A stretch of DNA of 64,000 bases from Bacteriovoracia bacterium. GTDB lineage: Bacteria > Bdellovibrionota > UBA1018 > CAIPTA01. The stretch covers positions 160,001 through 224,000 of the forward strand of contig JBFWVL010000003.1 in NCBI GenBank assembly GCA_050246755.1. Direction: 5' to 3'. The notes below the pieces were generated by a model. The model worked only from the letters and a program-made list of their open reading frames with translations. It did no database searches and was not told the DNA's origin. Both the position numbers and the translations under genes were made by a program. This document shows, one piece after another, positions 46,987 to 55,863 of the stretch (positions within the stretch are counted from its first letter, which is position 1; the number at the start of each line of letters is the position of its first letter).

Positions 46987-49706
46987 AATTTCATGTTCTC
47001 CATTTTCTGTAATCCGTTAGAAACAACCATATTGCGAACCTTGGCGCGATAGTCGGGCTCCGGGCAATACTTTTGCAGGCCGTTCACCACGTCGCTCCAG
47101 TTCGCCGGAGCGGGCCTGGCTTCACGGATAGCCGACTTAACTAGCGGGTAGTAGTTACGGTTGGGATTGAGAATATTGGCGGCGTACGCATAAACAGAAT
47201 CCTGGGAATCCTTAAACGCCAGGAAGTATCCGCCGCCGGCGTCACGCTCGCGCGGACGATCGCAGGTGCCAATCACCAGCTTTTCCTGCCCGCGGATAGT
47301 TAGGCGGAATGCCTGGGTAGTGCTCGGGCTCCAACAGGAGTGCCCTAATGCATTTTTTGTGGTCATAAATAGATCGGACTTACCCCAGTGCGATTCTAGG
47401 GCCGCCTGCGCGATAATCACGGACGCGGGCAAACCGGTGGCCTCCTGTACTTCAAGGGCGTAGGGAGTCATATAGTCGATGAAGGCGCGCTTCGTCTGTT
47501 CGATCGATTTGAAATTACGGAAGTTCGGCTTCGGGCGACTACGGGTGTCTTCCACGCAACCGCTTTCGCGGCGGGGAATCGGCGCCACTTTCGGTACCGG
47601 GGGCAAACGGCGCTCGAGGATCTCAGCTTCGGCCCGAGGGCGTCCGCGCGGCGCCCGTACCGGTATCTCTTCTTCTTCGTCCTCGTCTTCCAGCGCCACC
47701 GCTTCTTTTATGGTGCGGGGAAGATTTTTCAGCACTGCCTGCCCCTGGTGATCCACCCCGGTGATGCCGCAATTCTTCAGCGAGTTCAGATCCACTTGGG
47801 TTCCGTTCGCGATAGCGTCGAGACCGATCTTCACATCAGCGAAGCAAGCTTCGGATTCACAATACTGAATATTATTTCTCTGCGACCAGGGCATGAAAAT
47901 CCAGCGCACTTCTCCGTCGGCCAGAATTTTCGTGGCCACGCCTTCTTCCGTCTCGTATTGGTTCAGCACGGGATAAAAAGCGCCTTCGTTGCTCTGGAAT
48001 GCGATATTATCCTTATTGTCTTTTTCGAAATCCGGCGTGGTACGCACTCGATACCCGGTGGTATTGATGCGCACGTATTTCGGGATCCGCTTCATCTCGA
48101 GGTAAGTATCGATATCCACCGGCAAGTGCTCCTGCACGGGGGCATCATCGTTCTCTATGATCGGCTCAAACTTCGCGGCGTCTTTGGCGTGAAAGCTTTC
48201 ACCGTAACGGGTTTGGTCTTTCGGCACCACCGACATGCCGGCGGCGGCGGGTTCCACGATGCGGGCGGGAGCCACGGGCGCGGGCACTACGGGGCTCGGC
48301 GCGGTTTCAGGCGGAAACTCGTCGGCGGAAGGGTACATGGCTCCCTCTCCTTCGATGCGGGGAATATTTTCCAGGTTCTGCGCGCTGCCTACTCCCGAAG
48401 GAATAATTTCTTCCACTTCCGCCGGGGGAACAGTAGGTTCTTCGGCGGGATACATCGCGCCTTCGCCTTCGATGCGTGAAATTACCTTTAATTTTGGCGC
48501 GGTGCCTACGGGGGCCGGCACTATTTCCTCAATCTCTGGAGAAGCAGTAAAGGCCTCGGGCGCAACGGCATCTCTCGCCGTTTCGCTGATGGGAGGAAGA
48601 ATTGGAGCATGTTCACTCACTGCGGGAGCTTGCGCCGATACCTTATTATCCGCACCGATTTCGGGAGACCAAGGCTCCACTTCCTCTACAGGAGCAGGCC
48701 TACTAACTACGGCCGAGGCCCCTGGCTTCGCCGGAATCACGGCTTGCGGGCGCTTGCCCTTATCACCTTTGTTATAGTCGGTATCAAAGTCATCTCCGGG
48801 AGAGGGCGGAACGATGCCCACTACGCGCTGGCCTTTGTCGCCCTTACCGGTGTCTTTATCATTAGGAACGATCACGGGAACCGGCTTACGGCTAGAACCC
48901 GAGCTGGGCGGAATTACCGCCCGGGGGCGTTTTCCTTTGTCGCCCTTACCGGAATCGAAATCATCGCGGGGAGCGGGAGGCACAACCACTACTACGCGCT
49001 TGCCCTTATCGCCCTTGCCGGAATTAGTTTCGGAATCATCTTTCGGCGCGGGAGGCACAACTACCACCACGCGCTTGCCCTTATCGCCCTTGCCGGAATT
49101 AGTTTCGGAATCATTTTTCGGCGCGGGAGGCACAACCACTACTACGCGCTTGCCCTTATCGCCTTTACCCGAGCTAATCTCGGAATCATCTTTGGGCGCC
49201 GGGGGAACTACCACCACCACGCGTTTACCCTTATCTCCCTTTTCGCTCACGCGCGGGACGGGCGGCGGCAGGATTGTGGTCACCGTTTCTTTTTTTCCGT
49301 CGTCTTCTTCATCGTCAAAAAATTCCTCTTCGGCCGGCACGGGAGGCAAAATCGCTTTTACGCGCGAATTTTTCTTGGCCGAATCCACGGTGCGCACCGG
49401 GGCCTTCATCAAAATAAATTTTACAGCCTTTTTCTTCTCCGCTTTTTTCTCCGTCTTCTTCTTCGCAAGAGGCTTCACGGTCGCGGGCAGGGGCATTTTC
49501 TGCTTGGAAATTTTAACCGCCGTATTTTTCTTCGTAATCGGCTTCACGGGTTCGGCATGGCCCTCGCCATTGGCGGGTGCGTTCACTTCTCCCTCGATCT
49601 CATTGCCGAAATCGTCGGTAAGATTCGTAACGGGTGCCGCGAACGCCGGAGCCGTCCAAAAACTCAGGAGCAGAAATATTGCGACGCTGTTCTTAACCAC
49701 AAACAC
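46977..49706 (-). CDS. Large secreted protein: Pro-rich repeat region + SH3-like domain + GH73 glucosaminidase (FlgJ-like)
   Basis: Signal peptide ending AFA; C-terminal TGLPASVIIAQAALESHWGKS, NALG and YCPEPDY motifs. Confidence 0.85.
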   Translation of the reverse strand: MFVVKNSVAIFLLLSFWTAPAFAAPVTNLTDDFGNEIEGEVNAPANGEGHAEPVKPITKKNTAVKISKQKMPLPATVKPLAKKKTEKKAEKKKAVKFILMKAPVRTVDSAKKNSRVKAILPPVPAEEEFFDDEEDDGKKETVTTILPPPVPRVSEKGDKGKRVVVVVPPAPKDDSEISSGKGDKGKRVVVVVPPAPKNDSETNSGKGDKGKRVVVVVPPAPKDDSETNSGKGDKGKRVVVVVPPAPRDDFDSGKGDKGKRPRAVIPPSSGSSRKPVPVIVPNDKDTGKGDKGQRVVGIVPPSPGDDFDTDYNKGDKGKRPQAVIPAKPGASAVVSRPAPVEEVEPWSPEIGADNKVSAQAPAVSEHAPILPPISETARDAVAPEAFTASPEIEEIVPAPVGTAPKLKVISRIEGEGAMYPAEEPTVPPAEVEEIIPSGVGSAQNLENIPRIEGEGAMYPSADEFPPETAPSPVVPAPVAPARIVEPAAAGMSVVPKDQTRYGESFHAKDAAKFEPIIENDDAPVQEHLPVDIDTYLEMKRIPKYVRINTTGYRVRTTPDFEKDNKDNIAFQSNEGAFYPVLNQYETEEGVATKILADGEVRWIFMPWSQRNNIQYCESEACFADVKIGLDAIANGTQVDLNSLKNCGITGVDHQGQAVLKNLPRTIKEAVALEDEDEEEEIPVRAPRGRPRAEAEILERRLPPVPKVAPIPRRESGCVEDTRSRPKPNFRNFKSIEQTKRAFIDYMTPYALEVQEATGLPASVIIAQAALESHWGKSDLFMTTKNALGHSCWSPSTTQAFRLTIRGQEKLVIGTCDRPRERDAGGGYFLAFKDSQDSVYAYAANILNPNRNYYPLVKSAIREARPAPANWSDVVNGLQKYCPEPDYRAKVRNMVVSNGLQKMENMKLCR
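48305..48535 (-). repeat. Two-copy 117-bp (39-aa) intragenic repeat
   Basis: EEI(V/I)P..VG.A..L..I.RIEGEGAMYP occurs twice, offset by 117 nt. Confidence 0.85.
48735..49243 (-). repeat. 75-bp (25-aa) intragenic tandem repeat: about 4 good and 3 degenerate copies
   Basis: GCGCTTGCCCTTATCGCC-like unit at 48996, 49071, 49146 and 49221; KGDKG(K/Q)R occurs 7 times. Confidence 0.92.
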
Positions 49707-49858
49707 CTCGAATCGTATGCCAAGGGACTAAGGCCCTTCCTACCCTTCGGTATTCCTTGAAATTTTCGGAAGAAAAATCATCCGTTTTCGATCGCGAAAA
49801 TAGGATTACCCAGGCCGCCTACACGGAAACCGCCAGGTAAAAACCGCGAAAATACGAT

Positions 49859-50527
49859 TTAGGACTTTGGAAAGAGCGTGGGAACTTCGAGGCCGAGCGC
49901 GCCGAGCCCTACACGGTAAGCCTGGGAAGCTCGCCAGAGCAGCAAGCTGCGCCGGCCGCCGAGGAAGCGGTCTTTAAGCTCGTGAGTAAACATAAAAGCT
50001 TGGGCACCCAGAAGATAATAGCGGAAGCGGGATTCTTCCAAGGACCATTTCCGGAAAGAAATATTACGGCCGCGTGGGTCTTTGGCTCCCTCTACCCTTC
50101 CCAAAATTCTTTCGGCCGTCACGAGGGAGGCGGAAAAAGTATTGTCGCCCGCTTCGAGAAAAAGATTTCCGGTACGGCCGATTAGGCGGTGCACCCGAAG
50201 CTGCGCTTCTCCGCTGCGCGCACGCGCCTCCACCACGATGAGATCGCCGGGCGACAAAAATTCAGGATTTATTTTTCGGTAGCGGATGCGGTAGCCGGGC
50301 CGTAAGATCGGCCACATCGAGACGCCCTCCACCACGGCCTCTTCAGTTTTGCGTGAAGCCTGGGGGGCAAGAGACTGGACAAAAAGTTTGGTAGCGAGCC
50401 TTTCGTGCCGCGAATGTTTTCGCGCCGATTGCTGGCTAGAAGTAAGCGTGGACCCGTTTGATCTTTTCGTATTTCGTGAGGGTCGGCTTTTGGTAGGTTT
50501 TTTTGGACTTCCCAGTTTTTTTGACAT
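49859..50527 (-). CDS. S24/S26-family peptidase (Ser-His type, no signal anchor); start uncertain
   Basis: GVSMWP, GDLIV, VHRLI, GDN and ILGRV motifs; the first ~30 codons overlap the precursor-peptide ORF in another frame. Confidence 0.8.
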   Translation of the reverse strand: MSKKLGSPKKPTKSRPSRNTKRSNGSTLTSSQQSARKHSRHERLATKLFVQSLAPQASRKTEEAVVEGVSMWPILRPGYRIRYRKINPEFLSPGDLIVVEARARSGEAQLRVHRLIGRTGNLFLEAGDNTFSASLVTAERILGRVEGAKDPRGRNISFRKWSLEESRFRYYLLGAQAFMFTHELKDRFLGGRRSLLLWRASQAYRVGLGALGLEVPTLFPKS

Positions 50528-50540
50528 TTTCCTTCGTCAT
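50436..50540 (-). CDS. Putative RiPP-type precursor peptide, 34 aa (MTKENVKKTGKSKKTYQKPTLTKYEKIKRVHAYF)
   Basis: Translated by hand; TAAGGA SD 7 nt before the ATG, 10 nt after the PqqD stop; YQKPTL matches the YxxPxL leader motif. Confidence 0.8.
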   Translation of the reverse strand: MTKENVKKTGKSKKTYQKPTLTKYEKIKRVHAYF

Positions 50541-50550
50541 ACGACGGTCC

Positions 50551-50850
50551 TTATTCTTGAAACTCTAAGAGCCGCTCAGCCAGAAGCTGACCGCAAAACT
50601 CCAAAGTGTCTTTTTTCGCTTGTTCCAACTCGCAATCATACTCTAAGCGCAGGGATTCAATCAAATCCTTCACGGTTTTGGGCTTTTCCGCCACCACCGA
50701 CCAGAGATGCGTTCCCACGCGATCCAGCGCAAAATAATCTCCACTGCCAAAATGCAGCAGCACGGCTTCCCCGTCCACCGACTTCCAGTGAACATTTTTC
50801 GATTTGCGCACCTGGGTGGCTTCGCTGATCTTCGAAAACTTCATGTCCAA
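50551..50850 (-). CDS. Stand-alone PqqD/RRE family protein
   Basis: VDGEAVLL..GSGDYFALDRVGTHLW, LRLEYD, DTLEFCGQLLAERLL. Confidence 0.93.
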   Translation of the reverse strand: MDMKFSKISEATQVRKSKNVHWKSVDGEAVLLHFGSGDYFALDRVGTHLWSVVAEKPKTVKDLIESLRLEYDCELEQAKKDTLEFCGQLLAERLLEFQE

Positions 50851-50876
50851 TTTCTGCCTGATTCAGAGCGGCTGTG

Positions 50877-52928
50877 TCAAGGGGACACCGCCTCGCGAAG
50901 GTCTAAGGGAGAAATAGAATGCTCTGAATAAAATTCAGCCTCCTTGGTTTGCTGCATAGCGGCTTTGTCGCCTTTGGCCCGAAGCAGCTCGGCGTATTCC
51001 TGACGAAGGGCCGGGTCGTCACTATGCACCCTCACCAACTGGCCAAGCGCGTCAGCAGTGCGCAGAATATCTTTACGGGCCCGAAAAATCTGCGCGAGCT
51101 TACGGTAGAGGGAAGGAGGAAAGCGGCGGTAGCCACGGTATTGAAGGGCCGCTAGTTCGTACTGCAATAAGGCCGCGGGCTCCCGATTTTCCAGCATATA
51201 GAGGTCCCCTAGCTCTTCGCGTTTGGTCCAATAAGGAAAGTATTTGCCGGGAAACTGCGCAAATACGTTTTCGTAGTCGGCGATCGCAGCCCGGCGGTTC
51301 CCCGACTTGGCGTAGTACTGGGCGCGCAGTAGGTAAAAAGTATTATTGGTGAGGTTAGGCTCCCGCGTGCGCGCAGAAAGTTTCGCATCCTGGAATTTTT
51401 CCGCGGCGGCCTCCCAGGCTACGAGCCAGTGATCGTCGGGTAAAGAATTCAGGCCGGCGGTGAGAAGAATCACGGCGTTCCAAAAATCATCTTTCCCGCC
51501 AAGCAGCGCCGCTCCCCGCTTCCAAATACTGCCGCCTTCCCGCTGTAGGCGCTGGTGAAGCACGCTGGCGGCGGACCGTACGGCGATTTCCTGCTCTTCG
51601 AACGTGAGATTTCCGGGCCGGAGGCCTTCGAGGTATTTTAGGAGAATAGGAAGTGCTTCCTCTCCGCCGCGAAACCGCTGCGCGCGTGCGCTCCAAGTAT
51701 TAAAAACGATGCGGAATTTTTTTGGGTATTTCTGGTAGGCGTCTTGCCATAAGGATTCCGTGCTTTGCCAAACCGCGATGCGAGGAGCCGTAGCGAAGAC
51801 CGCTACTGCGAGCAGGGCCGAAAACGGGACCGCCCAAAAAATCTTTCCTGTTTGGGAGGCAAGTTTTAGGAAGAGCGCCGTGAACAACCAGGCAAACGCG
51901 GGCAGAGCCAGATAGAGATGCCGTTCCGCAAAGGGATCAAGCACGGGAAAAATAGAATTGGTGATGGAGAGCGCACCGAAAATCCAGAGCACGCAGAAAA
52001 AAACGGGGGCGCGGCTTTTCCGGAGAGCGTAAAAGAAAACAGGCAACGTTGCCCAAACCGCCAGACCGCAAAGAACATTCGGGTCTTTCCACGAGTCAGG
52101 AAAGGAAATCTGGTGATCGATGGCCTGGAGATCGGGGCGGAAAAATAGGCGGAGGATATTCGGCCACTGCGCCACTGCGATCGGCCAGTAGTCGCGAATC
52201 GAAAAAATATCTAAGTCGCCCCCGATTTGATAGAAGCCGCTGCTCGCCCCCACGAGGTAAGGCCATTTCAGTATCGCCCCCGCCGCGCCCGCCGCCAACA
52301 AAGGCGCGCAGTACGGTAAAAGCTCCACCCAGCGGCGGCCTAAATAGGCATGGTACAGCAGTAATAGCGGAAGCAGGGCCAGGGCGCTCTCTTTGGTTAA
52401 AAAGGCGGCGGCGGCGGCGATCATGAATCCCAGCCAAGACCAGAATCCGGGTCGTTCCCTCCCGTAACACCAGAGCGCACAGAGCAGAAAAAGCAATACC
52501 ATCAGCGAGGAACGGCCAGATAAATAGACCACCGAGTCCACCGCGAGCGGATGCAATAAAAATATTCCGCCCGCCAATACCCCGCCCAGCGCAGCGCCCT
52601 CCCGGCGCCGGAAGAGGCGGAAGAAAAACAAGCCCACGAGCAGCGCATTGAGTGCGTGAAAAAGCAGGCTCGGCGCCCGCAGCGCGGAGAGTGAAAGCCC
52701 GGCCGCGGCATAGCTCAGCGCGAAGCTCAGGCTCGTGAGCGGGCGGTTCCGCGAATGCTCGCTCTCGATGAAGATGCGCGGGTGAGCAAGGTAGCGGATC
52801 GCGCGATTATCGATCACGTTGGAGGCATCGTCGAATTGATAGGGAAAAGGCAAGGAAGGCAAATAGAGAAAAAGGTAAACCCCTACCAGCCCCGCGATCA
52901 CCGTAAATAGAAAAAATTTAAAGCGCAT
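50877..52928 (-). CDS. TMTC-like GT-C membrane glycosyltransferase with C-terminal TPRs
   Basis: FDD...IDN, RPL..LSF, HPLAVDSVVYLSGR, KESA and AERHLYL motifs; TPR-like helices. Confidence 0.85.
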   Translation of the reverse strand: MRFKFFLFTVIAGLVGVYLFLYLPSLPFPYQFDDASNVIDNRAIRYLAHPRIFIESEHSRNRPLTSLSFALSYAAAGLSLSALRAPSLLFHALNALLVGLFFFRLFRRREGAALGGVLAGGIFLLHPLAVDSVVYLSGRSSLMVLLFLLCALWCYGRERPGFWSWLGFMIAAAAAFLTKESALALLPLLLLYHAYLGRRWVELLPYCAPLLAAGAAGAILKWPYLVGASSGFYQIGGDLDIFSIRDYWPIAVAQWPNILRLFFRPDLQAIDHQISFPDSWKDPNVLCGLAVWATLPVFFYALRKSRAPVFFCVLWIFGALSITNSIFPVLDPFAERHLYLALPAFAWLFTALFLKLASQTGKIFWAVPFSALLAVAVFATAPRIAVWQSTESLWQDAYQKYPKKFRIVFNTWSARAQRFRGGEEALPILLKYLEGLRPGNLTFEEQEIAVRSAASVLHQRLQREGGSIWKRGAALLGGKDDFWNAVILLTAGLNSLPDDHWLVAWEAAAEKFQDAKLSARTREPNLTNNTFYLLRAQYYAKSGNRRAAIADYENVFAQFPGKYFPYWTKREELGDLYMLENREPAALLQYELAALQYRGYRRFPPSLYRKLAQIFRARKDILRTADALGQLVRVHSDDPALRQEYAELLRAKGDKAAMQQTKEAEFYSEHSISPLDLREAVSP

Positions 52929-53955
52929 GTTCCAGGAGTTTTTTGCGTCGCAGCCCCCAGCTCAGCAGGGCCCGTGCGAAACCGAATCCATACGCCAGGT
53001 GGATCCAGGGAAAAAGTCCGGCGGCAAGCCAACCCGCACGGTCGCGCGTGGCGAACGAGGTGGTGAACAAGGCCACCAACAGGGCGTAGGAGACGAGCGG
53101 CAAAAAGGCCAAGGGAGACGCGGAAAAATAAGGGAGGCAGAGGAGATAAAACAGGAAAAAAGTGGGCAAAAAGTAGAGAGGACGCAGCGTATGGGGCAGC
53201 AGCAATAAATTTTGTGCCCTGCCCGCTCCGTATTTCGCGGCCTGCTCCCAAGTTCCCGCCCACGTTTCGCGGCGGCGATGGTAAACGGCGAGCCGCGGCG
53301 AATGCCAAAGCTTCGTGCCCGGATGGTCGAGCTGCTGGAGCAGCACATTCTCTTCGTTCGAGATCAAGTGCGTGGCGAATCCGCCCTGCGCGAAAAACGC
53401 CTCTCGCCTTATGGCGAGATTGCAGAGAATTAGCGCATGCTCGCCGCTTGGTCCCTCGGCCAGCTGGCGGTAGCGCCCGCGCATCGAAGCAGCTCCAAGG
53501 TAGGAAGCCAGCACGAAACCGGCCGCCCTCTCCAGTGCACCACTGTCGGGAGGAGTGAGATTGGCGCCGCCGGCGGCCAGTAGCGCGGGATCGCGAAAAA
53601 GCGCAGAGGCCGCTTTGCCTAAATCTTGAAAGCATTCGATATCGTCATCGAGAAAAAGCAAAAGTTCCCCGCGAGCCTGGGCTACGCCCAAATTCCTTGC
53701 TGCGCCGGGTCGCCGGCCACTGGCCTCTAGCACCAACAAAGGGAAGTCTGCGTTAGCCAATAACTCTGCGCTAAATCGCAGCACCTCGGCGGAAGCCCCG
53801 TTTAGCACCAGCACGAGCTCCCAATCCTCCAGCGTGGAATGAGCGCGAAAACTCGAGATGGCCCTGGCCAATAAATCGGCACGGCGAAACCCCAGGATCA
53901 CCACGCTCAACGCCGGCTGAGCACTATTCCATTTCGGGTTCGTTTGGGTTTGCAA
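52918..53955 (-). CDS. GT2 glycosyltransferase with C-terminal TM segments
   Basis: ARNLG, FLDDD, CNLAIRR and NEE motifs; start moved to TTG 53955 (AAGGAG SD), which removes the overlap with the kinase gene. Confidence 0.88.
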   Translation of the reverse strand: MQTQTNPKWNSAQPALSVVILGFRRADLLARAISSFRAHSTLEDWELVLVLNGASAEVLRFSAELLANADFPLLVLEASGRRPGAARNLGVAQARGELLLFLDDDIECFQDLGKAASALFRDPALLAAGGANLTPPDSGALERAAGFVLASYLGAASMRGRYRQLAEGPSGEHALILCNLAIRREAFFAQGGFATHLISNEENVLLQQLDHPGTKLWHSPRLAVYHRRRETWAGTWEQAAKYGAGRAQNLLLLPHTLRPLYFLPTFFLFYLLCLPYFSASPLAFLPLVSYALLVALFTTSFATRDRAGWLAAGLFPWIHLAYGFGFARALLSWGLRRKKLLEHAL

Positions 53956-54040
53956 CGCAAAACTCCTTATCTTTTTGCCGGCGGGGAGAAAGAAGGCCCT
54001 TTCGCTTGAATCCGCCTCGGCCTTGCCATAGATTTCCCCC

Positions 54041-55084
54041 ATGGTGGCCCTGGAAACCCGCAAAGGCAAACATTTTTGCTTGCACGGCATCGCCGTGGAA
54101 CTGCGCGGAAATCGCGTTGACCGCGTTGCGGGCGATTTTGATTTTTATACGGGCCGCGCCATCACGGGAAAAGAAAAATACCGCGTGATGCTCGAGCTCG
54201 GCCCGGCGAGCGCGGTGAAGTTGCCCGCGGTGGCCGCCGAGAGAGTTTTTTCCGATTGCGTGCTCTATCGGGAAGGCGAAAAGCTTTTTTACGAATATTC
54301 CGGAGGCGCCGTTCTCGAAGTGGAAAGAGGAAAAACTTTTTCCCGCGGCCGCCTGAGTTCCGACAATACGGATCTCGCCGACGAAATCGCTTACCTTTAT
54401 CTACAATCGGAAATTGGCCGCTTCCTCGATGCCCAGGGCTTGCACCGCGTGCACGCGCTCGGGATCGGCCTTCCCAGCGGAAAAGCCGCGCTGGTATTGC
54501 TGCCGAGCGGGGGCGGGAAAAGCACGCTGGCGCTTGAGCTTCTCCAGCAAGAAGGCTGCGTACTGCTTTCCGACGACAGCCCGCTCGTGGACCGGGTCGG
54601 CCGGGTATACCCCTATTTGCTGCGGCTCTCTTTTCGCCCCGACGCCAAGCTGCCCGCTGCCTGGAAAGAAAATTCTCTCCCCTTCGAGCGGCGTAAACAC
54701 GGGCCCAAGATCCTCGTTTCGCCCGCCTCGCTCTCCTCGGCCGCCCTTCCGCGGCCCGAAGACCGCTTTGCCCCAGGATTTTTGGTGATCGGTAGCCGGC
54801 ATGGCGCGCTCGCGGAGCCGCGTCTCGTAAAGAGAGCCAAGTGGCAAAGCGCGCTTCCCCTTTTTCGCGATCTAGTGGTGGGCCTGGGCGTGCCGCAGGT
54901 GGCGGAGCTTCTGCTCACCAAGGGAATTCTTAGCCTTCCCGGCCTCGCTCCCACCGGCGTATCCCGGCTGGCGGCCGCCTCGGCTTTTCTCGCTCGCGCC
55001 CACACATTCGAGCTCGAGCTTTCCCGGGATCCCGTGCGCAATGCCCGTTTCTTAATTGAAACGCTCGAGGCCAACGCGCGATGA
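54041..55084 (+). CDS. HprK-related kinase
   Basis: VHALG...LPSGGGKSTLA...G..LLSDD signature. Confidence 0.8.
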   Translation: MVALETRKGKHFCLHGIAVELRGNRVDRVAGDFDFYTGRAITGKEKYRVMLELGPASAVKLPAVAAERVFSDCVLYREGEKLFYEYSGGAVLEVERGKTFSRGRLSSDNTDLADEIAYLYLQSEIGRFLDAQGLHRVHALGIGLPSGKAALVLLPSGGGKSTLALELLQQEGCVLLSDDSPLVDRVGRVYPYLLRLSFRPDAKLPAAWKENSLPFERRKHGPKILVSPASLSSAALPRPEDRFAPGFLVIGSRHGALAEPRLVKRAKWQSALPLFRDLVVGLGVPQVAELLLTKGILSLPGLAPTGVSRLAAASAFLARAHTFELELSRDPVRNARFLIETLEANAR

Positions 55085-55863
55085 AACGCTTCTGCGCGAT
55101 TTTCAAGCCCCGCTCCCGTGAGTTGATGCGCACGCTGATGCGGATGGAGCTCTCGCTCATGGAGCAGGGCACACTCTTTGGCTTCGTGCTTTCCTTCCTG
55201 AACAATATCCTGATGCTGCTCGTATTCCACGCGCTCTTCGTGACCCGCTTCATCTCGGAAGTGCCCAATACCTGGGTGTACCTCCTGCTCGGCATCGTGC
55301 AGTGGAATCTCTACATGAATATCTCGCTCGCGGGCTTCGCCTGCTTCGTGTACCGCCAGAAACTAGTGATGGGGTATTCTTTTCCGCGGGAAAAATTAAT
55401 CCTCGCCCGTACCGCCGCGATCTTCGTGCCCTATATCATCGAGCTCACCCTGATCCTCGGCGTAGCTCGCTACTTTCACCTGCCGTTCACCTGGAAATAT
55501 GCCTGGCTTCCGCTCTTCCTCCTCAATCAGTTCCTCTTTTGCGCCGCGATTTGCGCCGTGTTCGCGTTCGTTGGGGTGCTCCACAAAAACATCATTCCCT
55601 TCTGGAACCTAATGTTCCGCCTGCTGTCGTTCGCCACCCCCATTTTTTATATTCCCTTCCATTTCAAAACCTGGTGGGTAGAAGGCCTGTATAATTTGAA
55701 CCCCTTTACGATCTTCATGCTTTGGGTGCGCGATATCGCCGGCGCGAACGGCTTCGCTTTCGAATCCAAGCCCCTGAATATAACCCTCGCCTCGGCCGCG
55801 ATGTTCCTGGGGGCCTATTTGCTTTTCCGGATTATGGAAGCGCGCGTAGGTGACAACCTATGA
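55081..55863 (+). CDS. ABC-2 polysaccharide export permease (Wzm-like)
   Basis: LFGFVLSFLN, FATPIFY and LNPF motifs; about 6 TM segments. Confidence 0.82.
   Translation: MKRFCAIFKPRSRELMRTLMRMELSLMEQGTLFGFVLSFLNNILMLLVFHALFVTRFISEVPNTWVYLLLGIVQWNLYMNISLAGFACFVYRQKLVMGYSFPREKLILARTAAIFVPYIIELTLILGVARYFHLPFTWKYAWLPLFLLNQFLFCAAICAVFAFVGVLHKNIIPFWNLMFRLLSFATPIFYIPFHFKTWWVEGLYNLNPFTIFMLWVRDIAGANGFAFESKPLNITLASAAMFLGAYLLFRIMEARVGDNL

Noticed and set aside
48961-49243. CRISPR array
   Set aside because: The 75-bp units are in-frame coding repeats with no unique spacers and no cas genes.
49707-49723. sigma54 promoter upstream of the GH73 gene (TTGGCATACGATTCGA, minus strand)
   Set aside because: The -12 GC is absent (GA instead) and the site abuts the start codon.
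49859-50850. Classical lasso peptide cluster
   Set aside because: No lasso cyclase or B2 transglutaminase-like protease in the window; the peptide lacks Thr(-2) and a ring-forming core.
50551-50850. PQQ or mycofactocin biosynthesis
   Set aside because: No pqqABCE/mft genes or radical SAM nearby; the peptide lacks ExxxY and IDGxCGVY.
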